A stretch of 64,000 nucleotides of DNA from Flavobacteriales bacterium (GCA_020635355.1 JACJZW010000001.1:369633-433632); one strand, 5' to 3'; positions 7,865 to 17,091 are shown, counted from the stretch's first letter. The notes: generated from the letters alone by a model not told the origin. Numbers and translations: made by a program.

Positions 7865-10800
7865 TCAGAAGGTTCGGTTTATCCCGACAACATATCGGTA
7901 CGCCACGTAATTAGACTGCTCTTCTGGGATTCGATTGAGGAAGAACGGCATATCAAATCGAAGGTTCATAGGCGTATAGCCTCCTACACGAAACATATCT
8001 AAAGATACAACCGCACCAATTCCAGCATCCATTCGCAAGCCACTCCACTGATTGTCGCTGTTGCCCAATATACCCGCATCCGCAAAGGCATATGGATGAA
8101 TTTTCGGCCCGTTACGCAGCCATCGTGGCACCTTGAACTGCAGGTATCGGCCAAAATCCAATTCAGCGCTGAACGATGTGCCACGCGTTCCGCTGTAAAT
8201 GGTAAACGTATCGTTGTCCTGAACATTGGTAATGGCCACTCCGGAATATCCACGGATATTGAGTCCGCCACCCTGTTGGAAGTGTGCCCCATCCCGATTG
8301 TGTTGGATGGGTTTATCTACAAATCCGTACGAACGGACATACATATTATCCATCAAATCCGATGTGTTTGCACCACCCAGTAACAACATAGACTCCGGAG
8401 CGATTGAAACACCACTCATCCATTGACCAAACCAGCGTAAATGCAATCCAGCCTTATGCAGATTGCGATTGAATTTCCATTCAGCACTTCCCGCTGCGTA
8501 GGCGTAGTCCGACTGCAACGAAGTGGAGTATGTACGCAAGTTCCAGGATCCGTTGCCATTCATGGTCTTAATGTACCGCAAGAAACTGAGTTCAATGCGT
8601 GTTTCCCATAAACCCGATTTATTGGCGAATTCCGGATACACCAGGTATTCAGCATTCCGGCGTTGTCTGGCAGAGGTATGTAAACTCAGGTAACCTTTTC
8701 CGGCTTCTCGGGTCAGACCAACGGAATTATACGTCCAACCGTCCAAATACCTACTGTCCAGTGTTAACCGATTATAGCTTTTGAATTTCTTGCTGTATTG
8801 CACACTGTAGGACACCAGATCAGGGTTGGACGGATCGGCGTTGGGTTTTGAACCGATGCCGGTATTGTACCACACCCCCAGGTTGAACAGGTGATCGGTA
8901 TTATAAAAGTTACCGGCTAAGCGGGCACCTGCCTTTATTCCATCTACATCATTGTACCAAATAGATGGCCCATAATTCATCACATATGTGCGAAAGGAGG
9001 ATGGCGAATACTTCCCAACGTTAAATCGCCATTCAATCGGCATTTTCTTGGAGTTATTCAGTCGATTGATGTCGGCCATACGACCGCTTGGGTCTATCTC
9101 CACATTCTTGATTCCACCGGGAATCGCAACAATCATGGAGTACTCAGGCTTTATCAGGTCCCAACCAATCCAGTTGGGCAGCACCGCTGCTGTTGTTTGT
9201 TTTTTGAAATAGGAATTGGGGATGTAATACTCGTGGACACTGCCATCTTTGGCGGTAACCCGAACATCTAACGGCATGGAAGCACCCTTTCTATGCAAGG
9301 TGATTTCATACTGATTACCTTTTAGATGTTTGACCTGACCCACTTTATAGTCAATGGTTGTAGTGCCTTCGATCCATTGGTCAAAAAACTGATTGAGATC
9401 CACACCGGTATAATCAATGATAGATGATCTGAAATCCTCCCAATAAGGATGACAGAATTTCCATTGATCGAAATAATGTTTGAAGGCATCTGAAAACAAC
9501 TTATCTCCCAAAATGTACTCAAGTTGATAGAGCATTGTAGCTGTTTTATAATAGACTTGACCGTATCCTCCGCCGTGTCGAACAGCCGAATTAAAATAGT
9601 CTGAATGAATGTTCAAACTGGCGGTGTTATCGTGTATAGCGTGGTTGATGTATCCGTTGTACACCACTCCATCGTCTGTTCCATTGGGTAGCCCTTGAAC
9701 CGACATAATTTTCTTTAACGACAGTGCGGTCAAAAATTGAGTAAATCCTTCGTCAAGTGAGGCGCGGTAGGTTTCGTTGTTTCCAACCATTCCAAAGAAC
9801 CAGTTGTGTCCCACTTCATGGGCAATCACATAGCGATGTCCTGGCCAATTGCCGCTGTTGAGGGTTAACATGGGATACTCCATACCATCACGGGCATCGG
9901 CAGCAATCATCTTCGGATAGCCAAACATGCCCACATCTTCACTGTAGGTCCGAACCACATCGGCTACAAACTGAGCCGTTGGCTGCCAGTTGTGGGCGTG
10001 TTCTTCCTGAGCCAGCGCAATGCATCGGATTCCGTTCCATACCACTTCTCCAATGCGGTAAGTGGGATCGGCTGTAAAGGCAAAATCATGCACATTTACG
10101 GCCTTGAAATGCCAGGATTTACGGGTTCCGTCTCGCGGAACAGGGTTGGTATAAACGTCTCGTGATGTTTTGTAGTTGGAAATATCCAGTCGCTGTCTGA
10201 GATCTCCCGGGTACACCTCCGACTCATTTTGTAACTCCCCGGTTGCTTCCACAATGTATTCTGACGGAAAGTTCAACGTGACATCGTACACGCCGTAATC
10301 ACCATAGAATTCTTTGCCCAAGTGCTGATCGGTGGTCCAACCAAATTTTCGATCGAATACCGCGATGCGAGGATACCAATGCACACCATCTAGGTGTAAA
10401 AATTCCCGATCATCGGTACCGCCATGCCGGAATGATTTCATCCGCCTGCGAATGTTGCCCGCATCGTCCTTGTCCCAATACGTCCAGAATTCAATTTGAA
10501 TCTCCATACCGGAGTTGGGCTTCAGCGGCTCCTTCAAATCCACAATTAAAATCGTATTGTCTATGGTCCATGCATTGGATTCACCGTTGATACTCACACT
10601 CTGAATGGACGTTCCCAGACCCTTGGCTTCATGTTCACCATAAACGCTTTTCTCTTTATCGTTCTTCCGCATATCCGAGAGATACGAATTAGGCGTGAAA
10701 GCATTTTGATAGAGATGGAAGTAGAGTTGGGTAATCTCCTTTGGTGAGTTATTCCAATAGATCAGCTTCTCTTTTCCCTGAATACTTTCATCATTGTCAT

Positions 10801-11005
10801 TTACGGCTGCAGTAATGGTGTAATGGACATCCTGTTGCCAGTAGGATGGAAAAGGTTTACGATTCCCCCAATAGTAGGCGTTTGAGGAACTTTGGTAGGC
10901 CTGTAAATCCGGTGAGGGCTGGACAGGTGCTCCGAATGATGTTCCGGCAGAGAAGGTTATGAGGCTGAATAAAATGAGGACTACTGCTGGGCGAAAAATC
11001 AGCAT
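7865..11005 (-). CDS. Exported M1-family zinc metallopeptidase domain fused to a C-terminal Omp85/BamA-like outer-membrane beta-barrel
   Basis: There is a signal peptide (MLIFRPAVVLILFSLITFSAGTSFGA). The M1 zinc site is present: HEVGH followed 18 residues later by E (SLDEGFT), plus a GMEYP GAMEN-like motif. The C-terminal ~500 aa are beta-rich with Y/W/G/N alternation, contain the Omp85-type GGGLNIRGYSG motif, and end in ...INRTF. The ORF track start at 11134 overlaps folE. The ATG at 11005 directly precedes the signal peptide. Confidence 0.6.
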   Translation of the reverse strand: MLIFRPAVVLILFSLITFSAGTSFGAPVQPSPDLQAYQSSSNAYYWGNRKPFPSYWQQDVHYTITAAVNDNDESIQGKEKLIYWNNSPKEITQLYFHLYQNAFTPNSYLSDMRKNDKEKSVYGEHEAKGLGTSIQSVSINGESNAWTIDNTILIVDLKEPLKPNSGMEIQIEFWTYWDKDDAGNIRRRMKSFRHGGTDDREFLHLDGVHWYPRIAVFDRKFGWTTDQHLGKEFYGDYGVYDVTLNFPSEYIVEATGELQNESEVYPGDLRQRLDISNYKTSRDVYTNPVPRDGTRKSWHFKAVNVHDFAFTADPTYRIGEVVWNGIRCIALAQEEHAHNWQPTAQFVADVVRTYSEDVGMFGYPKMIAADARDGMEYPMLTLNSGNWPGHRYVIAHEVGHNWFFGMVGNNETYRASLDEGFTQFLTALSLKKIMSVQGLPNGTDDGVVYNGYINHAIHDNTASLNIHSDYFNSAVRHGGGYGQVYYKTATMLYQLEYILGDKLFSDAFKHYFDQWKFCHPYWEDFRSSIIDYTGVDLNQFFDQWIEGTTTIDYKVGQVKHLKGNQYEITLHRKGASMPLDVRVTAKDGSVHEYYIPNSYFKKQTTAAVLPNWIGWDLIKPEYSMIVAIPGGIKNVEIDPSGRMADINRLNNSKKMPIEWRFNVGKYSPSSFRTYVMNYGPSIWYNDVDGIKAGARLAGNFYNTDHLFNLGVWYNTGIGSKPNADPSNPDLVSYSVQYSKKFKSYNRLTLDSRYLDGWTYNSVGLTREAGKGYLSLHTSARQRRNAEYLVYPEFANKSGLWETRIELSFLRYIKTMNGNGSWNLRTYSTSLQSDYAYAAGSAEWKFNRNLHKAGLHLRWFGQWMSGVSIAPESMLLLGGANTSDLMDNMYVRSYGFVDKPIQHNRDGAHFQQGGGLNIRGYSGVAITNVQDNDTFTIYSGTRGTSFSAELDFGRYLQFKVPRWLRNGPKIHPYAFADAGILGNSDNQWSGLRMDAGIGAVVSLDMFRVGGYTPMNLRFDMPFFLNRIPEEQSNYVAYRYVVGINRTF

Positions 11006-11090
11006 GGTGTGGAATCGGGAAACGAATTGTCGCATAGGTATGGTGAGAGCGACAAAGATTATAAAAATGAGCGGTTTAAGAAATCGGCTG

Positions 11091-11711
11091 TTAGTAGCCG
11101 ATGTATCGCAAAAATTCCAACCGGGTGGCTTCATTTTGGAATTGGCCTCCGAGGTCGGCCGTAACCGTGGATGAGTTCACGTCTTCCACTCCTCGCGCAG
11201 CCACACACATGTGTGCCGCATCGATTACTACGGCAACATCTTCCGTTTTGAGCGTCTTGCGCAGTTCAGCTGCGATTTGTCGGGTGAGGCGCTCCTGAAC
11301 CTGAGGTCGTCGACAGAAATACCGAACAATCCGATTGATCTTGGATAATCCAATCACCTCACCATTGGAAATGTAGGCCACGTGGGCTTTTCCGTAAATG
11401 GGTACCAAATGATGCTCACAGGTTGAGAACACGGCGATCTCCTTTTCAACCAGCATTTGGCTGTATTGGTATTTATTCTCAAATAAGGTGACTCGCGGCT
11501 TGTTATCCGGATTCAACCCACTGAACAATTCCTGGACGTACATTTTCGCTACCCGATGTGGTGTTCTTGCGAGGCTGTCGTCCTTGAGATCCATGCCCAG
11601 AATGTCCAAAATGCTGCGAACATGGGTTTCAATCTTCTCGATCTTTTCCTGATCACTCAGTTCAAACGCATCCGGACGAATGGGGGTATTTATATCATCT
11701 GATCGGGTCAT
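11091..11711 (-). CDS. folE: GTP cyclohydrolase I
   Basis: Conserved FolE blocks are present: SGLNPDNKPRVTLFENKYQYSQMLVEKEIAVFSTCEHHLVPIYGKAHVAYI and RPQVQERLTRQIAAEL. Confidence 0.9.
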   Translation of the reverse strand: MTRSDDINTPIRPDAFELSDQEKIEKIETHVRSILDILGMDLKDDSLARTPHRVAKMYVQELFSGLNPDNKPRVTLFENKYQYSQMLVEKEIAVFSTCEHHLVPIYGKAHVAYISNGEVIGLSKINRIVRYFCRRPQVQERLTRQIAAELRKTLKTEDVAVVIDAAHMCVAARGVEDVNSSTVTADLGGQFQNEATRLEFLRYIGY

Positions 11712-11720
11712 GTGCTTTTA

Positions 11721-12128
11721 TTACGGGTTGATCTCAACAAAATTGCGTTCCGTTTCGTACAAACGAATACCCAACTCAAGATGTTCACTGATGGCTGCTC
11801 TTAATTTTTTATAAATCACGATGGCAATGTTCTCAACCGTAGGATTCAACTCTTTAAAGTCCGGTACGTCGAGATTTAGATTTCGGTGATCAAACGCCTT
11901 TACCACGTACTGCTCAATTAGACCTTTCAAAACGCCTAAGTCAATGACGTAACCCGTTTCAGGATCTATTTCACCTGTGATTTTCACCTCCAACACGTAA
12001 TTGTGACCGTGATAGTTTGGGTAATTGCACTTACCAAATAGTTCCTGATTTCGCTCGGCCGACAAGTTGGGATTGTGCAGCCGATGCGCGGCGTTAAAAT
12101 GTGCTTTTCGAAATACCGATATCTTCAC
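11721..12128 (-). CDS. queD: 6-carboxy-5,6,7,8-tetrahydropterin synthase / 6-pyruvoyl-tetrahydropterin synthase family
   Basis: The PTPS-fold Zn site is present (CNYPNYHGHNY; Cys-x5-His-Gly-His). The N-terminal block KAHFNAAHRL and the length (135 aa) fit. The start is GTG. No in-frame ATG lies upstream. Confidence 0.8.
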   Translation of the reverse strand: MKISVFRKAHFNAAHRLHNPNLSAERNQELFGKCNYPNYHGHNYVLEVKITGEIDPETGYVIDLGVLKGLIEQYVVKAFDHRNLNLDVPDFKELNPTVENIAIVIYKKLRAAISEHLELGIRLYETERNFVEINP

Positions 12129-12428
12129 GCAACAAATCTACGGAATTCAAGGGCGCATTTTTTCTGTTCAAGAGTTTTAGCTCTTTCTTAAACAAAAACA
12201 TCATAATGTCCGGATAAACTAAAACAGACAGTTTAATGACATGATTCACCCTACCCTATGCGTCTACACAGTAAAATCAAGTACTTACATCAGGTTATTG
12301 CCCAAATGAATGCTGATATAAGAAAATGTGATACATCCCAATAGACTGATTTACAAGTTATTGAGATTTTGTTTAACGTTTTTGGTGTTTTATTAAACAG
12401 TTTTAGTTGTAGGTACATTTAATTGGGT

Positions 12429-12436
12429 TAACTTTG
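12429..12436 (+). promoter_or_regulatory. -7 box TAACTTTG upstream of the ECF sigma gene
   Basis: It matches TAnnTTTG and lies 20 nt upstream of the ATG at 12457. It sits in a 328-bp AT-rich divergent intergenic region. Confidence 0.45.
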
Positions 12437-12456
12437 ACCTACCAATAACAACCGAT

Positions 12457-12975
12457 ATGAACTTTGATCGCGAAATACATGATGAGCAACCAGCGCTAAC
12501 CAGTTACGCTCTCCAGCTCACAAAAAATATGGAAGATGCCAATGACCTCGTTCAGGAAACGATGCTCAAGGCGCTCACCTATAAATCCAAGTTTACGGAA
12601 GGTACCAACCTCAAAGGATGGTTGTATACGATCATGCGAAACAGCTTCATCAACAACTACCGACGTTTGATGCGACGCAATACCTTCATCGACACCACCG
12701 ATAACACCTACTTTCTGGATGCGCCAACGCATACAACTGAAAATCTGGGTGAAGATCGATTTCTGAATAAGGACTTACAAGATGCCATCGAGACGTTGCC
12801 GGAAGATTTGAAGAAAACGTTCACGATGAACATGCGCGGATTCAAATACCATGAAATCGCTGAAGAATTGGACATTCCCATTGGAACGGTAAAAACCCGA
12901 ATTTTTGTGGCTAAACGTCGTCTCCGCAAACAACTCCATACTTACGCTGAGTTGTACGGTTTGAAGGCTGAATAA
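12457..12975 (+). CDS. RNA polymerase sigma-70 family (ECF-type) sigma factor
   Basis: Sigma-2 region (LVQETMLKALTYKSKF...WLYTIMRNSFINNYRR) and sigma-4 region (HEIAEELDIPIGTVKTRIFVAKRRLRKQL) are present. The protein is 172 aa. No adjacent anti-sigma gene. Confidence 0.85.
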   Translation: MNFDREIHDEQPALTSYALQLTKNMEDANDLVQETMLKALTYKSKFTEGTNLKGWLYTIMRNSFINNYRRLMRRNTFIDTTDNTYFLDAPTHTTENLGEDRFLNKDLQDAIETLPEDLKKTFTMNMRGFKYHEIAEELDIPIGTVKTRIFVAKRRLRKQLHTYAELYGLKAE

Positions 12976-12976
12976 C

Positions 12977-14215
12977 TTAATCGGCTGATAACGCTTCTAC
13001 CGGCCTGATGCGCGCGGCCCTTCCTGCGGGAATTAATGCCGCCAGTGCTCCGGCAATCACCAGCACCACTAACGCCGTTACGGCCGTTTGAAAATCCACC
13101 GTTGGATTGGCAAATACCGCCCCGTCCGCACCGGATGGAATTGCCTTGGCTAGAAGTTCAATGATCAGTACTCCAAAGAAGAGTCCGAAATATCCGAAGA
13201 ACAGGGTAATCAGAACGGCTTCCTGAACAATCATCGATACGATGGATCGCGGCGTGGCACCCAATGATTTCCGAATCCCAATTTCCTTCGTACGTTCCTC
13301 CACGGTGATGAGCATGATGTTACTCACCCCAATGATTCCTGCAAAAATGGTGAGGACGCCAATTAACCAGAAGAAAGATTTCATCAGTCCCAACACATCG
13401 TATATCCGCTTAAATTCCTTAAAATTATTTCGAATGTGTAACGCCCGTTCATCTTCCGGTGAAAAATTATGCCGTGCCGCCATGCGTTCCCTCAATCGGG
13501 CTTCAATACGCTCGGTAGATGCCAAATCAGCGTCTCCAACCGTAAACATCGCGCGATCAATCTTATCTGAATAGCCATAGGCAAGCTGCATGGTTTTAAT
13601 CGGCAGGTACACGGTTGCATTTTCCCCTTCACTTCCTTCGTCCACAAACACACCTACCACCCGAAAGGGAACACCTCCCACACTCACCCATTTGCCAAGT
13701 GCCGATTCGCCATTAAATAACTCGGTTTCAACCGGTTCACCAATTACACAAACTTTTCGCCTCCGGCTGATATCGGCATCATTCACGAACCGCCCCTTCA
13801 TCATGATGGTTTTCTCTACATACTGATGTCCGGGATGCACGCCTCGGAGTCGGTATGTGGATGATTTTGAGCCGTAGGTCACGATGCGACCCTGCCAGTC
13901 GTCCACGCGAGCAGACAGATGATCGGCCTCGGATCCAACCTCATTGGTAATGATGTCAAAATCCTTATCCCGAAATTGAATACGTCGTCCTGGCTGCGTG
14001 CCATTATACGTCATACTGGTTTGACCGGGAATCACCCAGATGCTATTGATCGCATCATCCTTGAACTGTTCTCTCGTCCCGTTTTGCAAGCCCGTTCCTA
14101 CGCCTAACAGCAACACCAGCATGAAGATGCCCCAGGCCACGGCAAATCCGGTTAGCACCGTTCGCAGCTTGTTGGTTCGAATGTTCGACCAGATCTCGCC
14201 TAATCGCTCTATCAT
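12977..14215 (-). CDS. ABC transporter permease, FtsX/MacB-type (MacB periplasmic domain + FtsX)
   Basis: An N-terminal TM helix is followed by a ~230-aa periplasmic domain and a C-terminal 3-TM FtsX-like region (FWLIGVLTIFAGIIGVSNIMLITV...). The ATG overlaps the TGA of the upstream ATPase gene in an ATGA arrangement. Confidence 0.8.
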   Translation of the reverse strand: MIERLGEIWSNIRTNKLRTVLTGFAVAWGIFMLVLLLGVGTGLQNGTREQFKDDAINSIWVIPGQTSMTYNGTQPGRRIQFRDKDFDIITNEVGSEADHLSARVDDWQGRIVTYGSKSSTYRLRGVHPGHQYVEKTIMMKGRFVNDADISRRRKVCVIGEPVETELFNGESALGKWVSVGGVPFRVVGVFVDEGSEGENATVYLPIKTMQLAYGYSDKIDRAMFTVGDADLASTERIEARLRERMAARHNFSPEDERALHIRNNFKEFKRIYDVLGLMKSFFWLIGVLTIFAGIIGVSNIMLITVEERTKEIGIRKSLGATPRSIVSMIVQEAVLITLFFGYFGLFFGVLIIELLAKAIPSGADGAVFANPTVDFQTAVTALVVLVIAGALAALIPAGRAARIRPVEALSAD

Positions 14216-14871
14216 ACCACCAGGCCGTCTTTGAGGTTAATGACACGCGACGTTTGTTCTGCAATGTCGTGTTCGTGCGTAACGATGATGACGGTTTTCC
14301 CAGATGCATTGATTTCCTTCAACACGTTCATGACGTCCTGTGAGGTTTGAGAATCCAACGCCCCAGTAGGCTCATCGGCCAAAATAAGTTTGGGATTGGT
14401 AATTAACGCACGGGCAATGGCCACTCGCTGTTTTTGTCCGCCGCTCATTTCATTGGGAAGGTGATTGGCCCAATCCTTTAAGCCCACACGATCCAAATAA
14501 TCCAGTGCCATGGCATTCCGCTCACGGCGACTTACGTTCTGATAGTAAAGCGGAAGTGCCACATTCTCCAACGCATTTTTAAAGGTCACGAGGTTAAACG
14601 ACTGAAAAACAAAACCGATGTACTGTCCACGCAACTTGGCGGCACGAGTCTCACTCAGGTTTTTGATCAGTTCATTGTCGATGTAGTATTCCCCGCTGTC
14701 ATAGGAATCCAGAATACCAATGATGTTCAAAAGTGTGGATTTTCCGGATCCGGAAGACCCCATAATCGACACCAACTCCCCATCGGCAATATCCAGGTTA
14801 ATGCCCTTGAGTACCTGCAGCTTATGGCTGCCAATGGAATAGGATTTGGTTATGCCGCGGAGTTGAATCAA
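14212..14871 (-). CDS. ABC transporter ATP-binding protein (MacB/LolD-like)
   Basis: It carries Walker A (GSSGSGKST), the ABC signature ([15 protein letters not shown]) and Walker B ([11 protein letters not shown]). The start is TTG. No in-frame ATG lies upstream. Confidence 0.85.
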   Translation of the reverse strand: MIQLRGITKSYSIGSHKLQVLKGINLDIADGELVSIMGSSGSGKSTLLNIIGILDSYDSGEYYIDNELIKNLSETRAAKLRGQYIGFVFQSFNLVTFKNALENVALPLYYQNVSRRERNAMALDYLDRVGLKDWANHLPNEMSGGQKQRVAIARALITNPKLILADEPTGALDSQTSQDVMNVLKEINASGKTVIIVTHEHDIAEQTSRVINLKDGLVV

Positions 14872-14957
14872 GGGTCCTAATTTTCCTCAAAAATAACATC
14901 GGCCGGCAGGCCTTGATCCCACTTCGACAAAGACGAGCATTAAATGGATTGGCGACT

Positions 14958-15803
14958 CTATCTGTCCAGCATCCGAAGGGTGAACGGAATATCATCGGTT
15001 TGAACCGCGTCGGGTTGAAAGTTCAAGGCTTCCCGAACATCGGAGTGAATCTTAAGTCCGTATAATGACCACTGAAGGTTGGCGTTGTCCATCCTCTGTC
15101 TCATTTGTGGTGTGCATTTCAAGTAGTTGGACACCAATCCTTGCAGCTGATGATCTACCGCAAACGCGATGTTTTGATCAGTGGCTTCGGCCGTGAAATA
15201 AAGGGGTATATCATCACGTCCGGCTGCCGCCATTTTTAAGGCAATCATCTGTTCGGGTTCCGGGCTTTCAATGATAATGACATGCCGGGAAGTCACGTCC
15301 GAAGTGATTTCTGCCATCAATTGCTCCGCCCGTTTTTGGAACAACGCTGGTTGATCCAATGCATCCGATTGTGGCTGAAGATTTAAGGACACCTTCACCA
15401 CCCGTTGTGCTTCATCTAATATGTCGAATAGGTGCTGCAAGCTGATGACTGGATAATCTCTTGAAGCATCTAAAGCACCTTTATACGAGGCCGTCACCAC
15501 GTCCTCCATTTTCAGCTCCCCGATGGCTCCAAATCCATTCGTTGAACTTTCCAGCCGGTGATCATGATACAACACTATTTTTCCATCAGAGGTCAATTGG
15601 ATGTCTACCTCAACACCATCGGCACCGAAGGCAAATAATGCCCTGCGAATGGCTGCTTCACTATTGGCCGGATGAGGATTGGTGGCCGACATAAATCCGC
15701 CGCCACCATGACCATATACATCAACGTGCCGATTGACCGAAACGCGTGTACATCCTACGAAGAGGATGACTATTGCCAATAACTGAAACCGAGACTTATA
15801 CAA
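14958..15803 (-). CDS. Glycerophosphodiester phosphodiesterase family protein (lipoprotein)
   Basis: A lipoprotein signal is present (LLAIVILFVGCT). GDPD motifs are present: HGGGG...NSEAAIRRAL.FGADGVEVDIQLTSDGKIVLYHDHRL. The start is TTG. Confidence 0.75.
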   Translation of the reverse strand: MYKSRFQLLAIVILFVGCTRVSVNRHVDVYGHGGGGFMSATNPHPANSEAAIRRALFAFGADGVEVDIQLTSDGKIVLYHDHRLESSTNGFGAIGELKMEDVVTASYKGALDASRDYPVISLQHLFDILDEAQRVVKVSLNLQPQSDALDQPALFQKRAEQLMAEITSDVTSRHVIIIESPEPEQMIALKMAAAGRDDIPLYFTAEATDQNIAFAVDHQLQGLVSNYLKCTPQMRQRMDNANLQWSLYGLKIHSDVREALNFQPDAVQTDDIPFTLRMLDR

Positions 15804-16258
15804 TACGACATGCCGTTACTGGTGTACTCCGGAGCACCTTTCACCAATCGCTCCCGGTATCCTCCAATGCCTATTCCGGAATTGATTTCCCAATGTTTTT
15901 TGATGCGTATGATGTGTCCATATCCCGCATAACCCTGTGTTATTCGTAATTGATTTTGCTGGGCATTTTGATAGGAAAAGAAATCCGTACGGATAAACAC
16001 CTTTCCAGATGAGCTATCCGGTTTATAATCAATCGTAGTGGACCACCCTCCTTTATTCAAGTTGTTGGAATACAGGTAGTTCATCCCACTGAAAATTCGA
16101 ATGTGGTCGAATTTGTATCCCACTCCAAGGGACGTCCCCAAACCGGCATAGGTTAGCGACGTTTCAGTTTGAACGGCATATTGTGCCGATGCGTCATCCG
16201 CAGAAAATCCGGCTGATAGCAACCCGCACCACAACACTATGCTCCGAATTATCTTCAC
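15770..16258 (-). CDS. Small outer-membrane beta-barrel protein (OmpX/OmpA-beta-barrel-like), hypothetical
   Basis: A signal peptide appears when the gene is started at the GTG at 16258 (MKIIRSIVLWCGLLSAGFSADDASAQ). The pattern is beta-strand-like and ends in ...GFSYWQ. The start is uncertain: the ORF track gives a GTG at 16285. Confidence 0.45.
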   Translation of the reverse strand: MKIIRSIVLWCGLLSAGFSADDASAQYAVQTETSLTYAGLGTSLGVGYKFDHIRIFSGMNYLYSNNLNKGGWSTTIDYKPDSSSGKVFIRTDFFSYQNAQQNQLRITQGYAGYGHIIRIKKHWEINSGIGIGGYRERLVKGAPEYTSNGMSYCISLGFSYWQ

Positions 16259-16301
16259 TTCGGGTGCGAATGTACGTTTCACCACGAAATCACAAACGGG
16301 G

Positions 16302-16309
16302 TATTTTTG
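16302..16309 (+). promoter_or_regulatory. -7 box TATTTTTG upstream of the DUF2188 gene
   Basis: It matches TAnnTTTG and lies 15 nt upstream of the ATG at 16325. Confidence 0.45.
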
Positions 16310-16324
16310 TACAAAACAGTTGCT

Positions 16325-16639
16325 ATGGCCGACATCCGAACAGGAAAATTCTGGACTGATTTACTTAAAAAACTGCTTGGCCAGTTTTTAAAGAGCAAGG
16401 GATTCTCTACACGCGCCAATACCCACAATCAGCACGTTGTTCCCCACGAAGATGGTTGGGCCATTCGCGGTGAAGGAAATGAACGTTTGTCAGGTGTGTT
16501 TAACCGACAAGAACAGGCTATTGACCGAGCACGGGAAATTGCATTGAATTACGGCTCGGATGTAATTATTCACAGGGAAGATGGAACCATCCGGGATCGG
16601 GTATCACCAAGGGAAACGAGGCGAAGACGAAGGAGATAG
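16325..16639 (+). CDS. DUF2188 domain-containing small protein
   Basis: The DUF2188-like core is present (HVVPHEDGWAIRGEGNERLSGVFNRQEQAIDRAREIALNYGSDVIIHREDGTIRDR). The ORF track start at 16307 is a TTG inside the promoter box. The ATG at 16325 is used here. Confidence 0.6.
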   Translation: MADIRTGKFWTDLLKKLLGQFLKSKGFSTRANTHNQHVVPHEDGWAIRGEGNERLSGVFNRQEQAIDRAREIALNYGSDVIIHREDGTIRDRVSPRETRRRRRR

Positions 16640-17091
16640 TTTTTAATTCTGAGTGTTTAATGTTGAATTATTACTAGTACTGCCTGCTTAATTTGAACGA
16701 ACAAATTGAAAAAGATTCGGGATTCGGGATTCGGGATGCGGGATTGTAAGTATGAAAACGGTCAACGTTTTTTTAGGCATGCACAATGCACAAACCGCTA
16801 ACTGTTCACCCTGACCGAGTGAAACGAGCGTCACGGGCTAACCGCTAACCACTACCTATTTTTCCTGCCTGAGCGTAGCGAACGTCATCACAGATTCGGG
16901 ATTCGGGATTCGGGATTCGGGATTTTTCATATTGATCCACTACCTGCTAACTGCTAACTGCTAATTGCAAACAATTCACCCTACTTGAGCGTAGCGAACG
17001 ACATTTCAGATTCGGGATTCGGGATGCGGGATTCGGAATTCGGAATTCGGGATTTTGCACTTTGAACTTTGCACTTTGATCTATTACAAAT
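16640..17091. repeat. Repeat-rich intergenic region: three (GGGATTC)n arrays, a (TGCTAAC)n array and a triplicated ~20-bp motif
   Basis: (GGGATTC)n arrays with G-triplets lie at 16718-16741, 16897-16920 and 17013-17050. The sequence ctgctaactgctaactgctaattgc lies at 16940-16965. TGAGCGTAGCGAACGTCA-like motifs lie at 16815, 16870 and 16986. The motif TTGCACTTTGAACTTTGCACTTTGATC lies at 17065-17090. Confidence 0.85.

Noticed and set aside
12129-12260. Hairpin AGAGCTAAAACTCT followed by an A-rich tract ~45 nt upstream of queD, superficially reminiscent of a preQ1-I riboswitch
   Set aside because: The loop does not match the preQ1-I consensus, which needs a UUC..CUA..C loop and a CUAA tail. The stem is only 4 bp. 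The class is rare in Bacteroidota. A covariance-model scan (Rfam RF00522) would be needed. As read, this is more likely ordinary promoter-proximal sequence.
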